Assembly (NCBI GenBank): GCA_036559945.1
Contig: DATBSG010000356.1
Coordinates: 1 to 56,082 of the forward strand
DNA from: Pyrinomonadaceae bacterium
GTDB lineage: Bacteria; Acidobacteriota; Blastocatellia; Pyrinomonadales; Pyrinomonadaceae
DNA: 56,082 nucleotides
Reading direction: 5' to 3'
Numbering within the stretch: position 1 is the first letter of the stretch; every line of letters begins with the position of its first letter. Positions 55,010 to 56,082 of the stretch are shown one piece after another. The position numbers and the translations under genes were made by a program. A model generated the notes under the pieces. It ran no database searches, had not been told where the DNA came from, and saw nothing but the letters and a program-made list of their open reading frames with translations.

Positions 55010-56082
55010 ATGAAATCTGTCAAACGATCCCCAAGGCGGAACGAAAGAAGCAAGAAATTGGTATGGTTGATTTCGGCTTTGCCTTCATCGGGGATTTTGC
55101 GATGCGGACTGGCAGCGATTCTGTGCGCGCTTCTATTTACCTGCTTTGCACCCGAAAGAGACACGCACTCGCAGACGACCACGCCCGACTACAAAAACCC
55201 AAGCCTTCCGATCGACAAGCGCGTCGCGGATTTGCTCGCACGCATGACGCTGCAAGAAAAGGTCGCGCAATTGACGTGTCTTTGGATCAATCGGCCACAG
55301 GTCAAACCGCAGACCAATTTTTCAACGGATCGCGGCGATTTCTCTCCGGAAAAGGCCGCGCAAGTGATGAAGAATGGCATCGGCCAAATCGCGCGACAGC
55401 GCGAGCAGAAAGGTCCGCGCGAGGGCGCTGTTTTTGCGAACGCCGTGCAGAAATGGCTGATCGAAAACACGCGGCTCGGCATCCCGGCGATTCTGCACGA
55501 CGAAATTCTACACGGTCACATGGCGCGGGGCAGCACGAGTTTCCCACAACCGATTGCGCTCTCGACCACCTGGGATCCGGACTTCATCTTCAAAGTCTTC
55601 ACCGCCGCGGCGCAGGAAACTCGCGCGCGCGGCAGTCATCAGGTTCTGGGCCCGAACATCGACATTGCGCGCGAGCCGCGCTGGGGCCGTACCGAAGAAA
55701 CTTACGGCGAAGATCCTTATCTCACTTCCCGGATGGCAGTGGCGATTGTGAAAGCGTTGCAAGGACCCGGACCCATGGTCGAAGGCGATCATGTTATCGC
55801 CACAGCGAAGCACTTTGCCGCGCATGGCCAGCCTGAAGGTGGGACCAATATTGCGCCCGCGAATTATTCTGAGCGTGTGCTCCGAGAGTTCTTCCTGCCC
55901 AGCTTCGAAGCCGCCGTGACCGAGGGTGGCATCGTTAGCGTGATGGCTTCCTATAACGAAATCGATGGCGTGCCGTCTCACGCAAACAAGTGGCTGCTTG
56001 AAAAAGTTCTGCGCGAAGAGTGGGGATTCAAAGGACATGTGGTGTCCGACTACTTCGCGATTCCGCAGTTAATGGAATTGCA
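55010..56082 (+). CDS. glycoside hydrolase family 3 beta-glucosidase/beta-xylosidase, 5' part (runs off the window)
   Basis: Absent from the ORF track because it is open-ended. ATG at 55010 gives MKSVKRSPRRNERSKKLVWLISALPSS... with a signal/anchor. GH3 motifs follow: LTLQEKVAQL, RLGIPAILHDEILHG, GPNIDIAREPRWGRTEETYGEDPYL, AKHFAAHGQPEGG, VMASYNEIDG and GHVVSDY. The reading frame stays open to 56082. Confidence 0.85.
   Translation, partial: MKSVKRSPRRNERSKKLVWLISALPSSGILRCGLAAILCALLFTCFAPERDTHSQTTTPDYKNPSLPIDKRVADLLARMTLQEKVAQLTCLWINRPQVKPQTNFSTDRGDFSPEKAAQVMKNGIGQIARQREQKGPREGAVFANAVQKWLIENTRLGIPAILHDEILHGHMARGSTSFPQPIALSTTWDPDFIFKVFTAAAQETRARGSHQVLGPNIDIAREPRWGRTEETYGEDPYLTSRMAVAIVKALQGPGPMVEGDHVIATAKHFAAHGQPEGGTNIAPANYSERVLREFFLPSFEAAVTEGGIVSVMASYNEIDGVPSHANKWLLEKVLREEWGFKGHVVSDYFAIPQLMEL

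Noticed and set aside
55063-55836. ORF-track CDS of 257 aa on the plus strand (Arg/Ala-rich translation).
   Set aside because: It is an out-of-frame shadow of the real, open-ended GH3 gene that starts at ATG 55010. That frame carries unmistakable GH3 motifs and remains open to the window end. The 257-aa translation is low-complexity and Arg-rich, typical of wrong-frame GC-rich ORFs.
1-56082. A window-wide scan for CRISPR arrays, tRNA/rRNA genes, transposases/integrases, prophage genes, toxin-antitoxin pairs and known defence-system hallmarks.
   Set aside because: I found no regularly spaced direct repeats, no cloverleaf-like tRNA sequences, no DDE/tyrosine/serine recombinase motifs, and no nuclease/ATPase/SIR2/TIR-type genes. 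Every large ORF is explained by carbohydrate metabolism, transport, TPR/VWA or cytochrome functions. The only repeats are the REP/MITE-like hairpins reported above.

Overview
This window looks like a chromosomal segment from an Acidobacteriota-type genome. That origin is an inference from three hallmarks: a TIGR03436-like VWA protein, a giant CarboxypepD_reg-fused TonB-dependent receptor, and abundant TPR proteins. All family calls come from reading motifs by eye, with no searches run.

The window has two parts.

1. Positions 1-7.5 kb hold a minus-strand operon of two paralogous TPR proteins and a seven-CxxCH c-type cytochrome. A VWA gene diverges from it, followed by a highly structured GC-hairpin repeat element.
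2. Positions 7.6-56 kb hold a very large plant-hemicellulose utilisation super-locus.
   - It contains a TonB-dependent receptor and a ROK regulator.
   - The enzymes are GH2 (x2), GH5 (x2), GH9, GH16, GH31, GH95, GH51, GH67, GH3, CE4/CE15 and an alpha/beta hydrolase.
   - It also encodes a sugar ABC importer, a xylulokinase, a Leloir-type module (GalM, a GHMP kinase, GalT), an HSD17B14-like SDR and a glucarate-dehydratase-like enolase.

I saw no rRNA, tRNA, CRISPR array, transposase, integrase or recognisable defence system.

The most unusual items are:
- the TPR-TPR-heptahaem cytochrome operon;
- a probably secreted AGE-epimerase::GH16 fusion;
- a CE4::CE15 fusion that may be translationally coupled to a 1201-aa TPR/FG-GAP/ASPIC protein with a roughly 450-aa unassigned C-terminal region;
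- an IMPase-fold gene wedged between GalT and an arabinokinase-like GHMP kinase;
- a MITE/REP-like hairpin element family, with one copy inside the ABC operon;
- a CAATGA repeat/palindrome array in front of the enolase gene.

Taken together, the enzyme set matches a complete fucogalacto-xyloglucan saccharification toolkit organised around a SusD-less TonB receptor.
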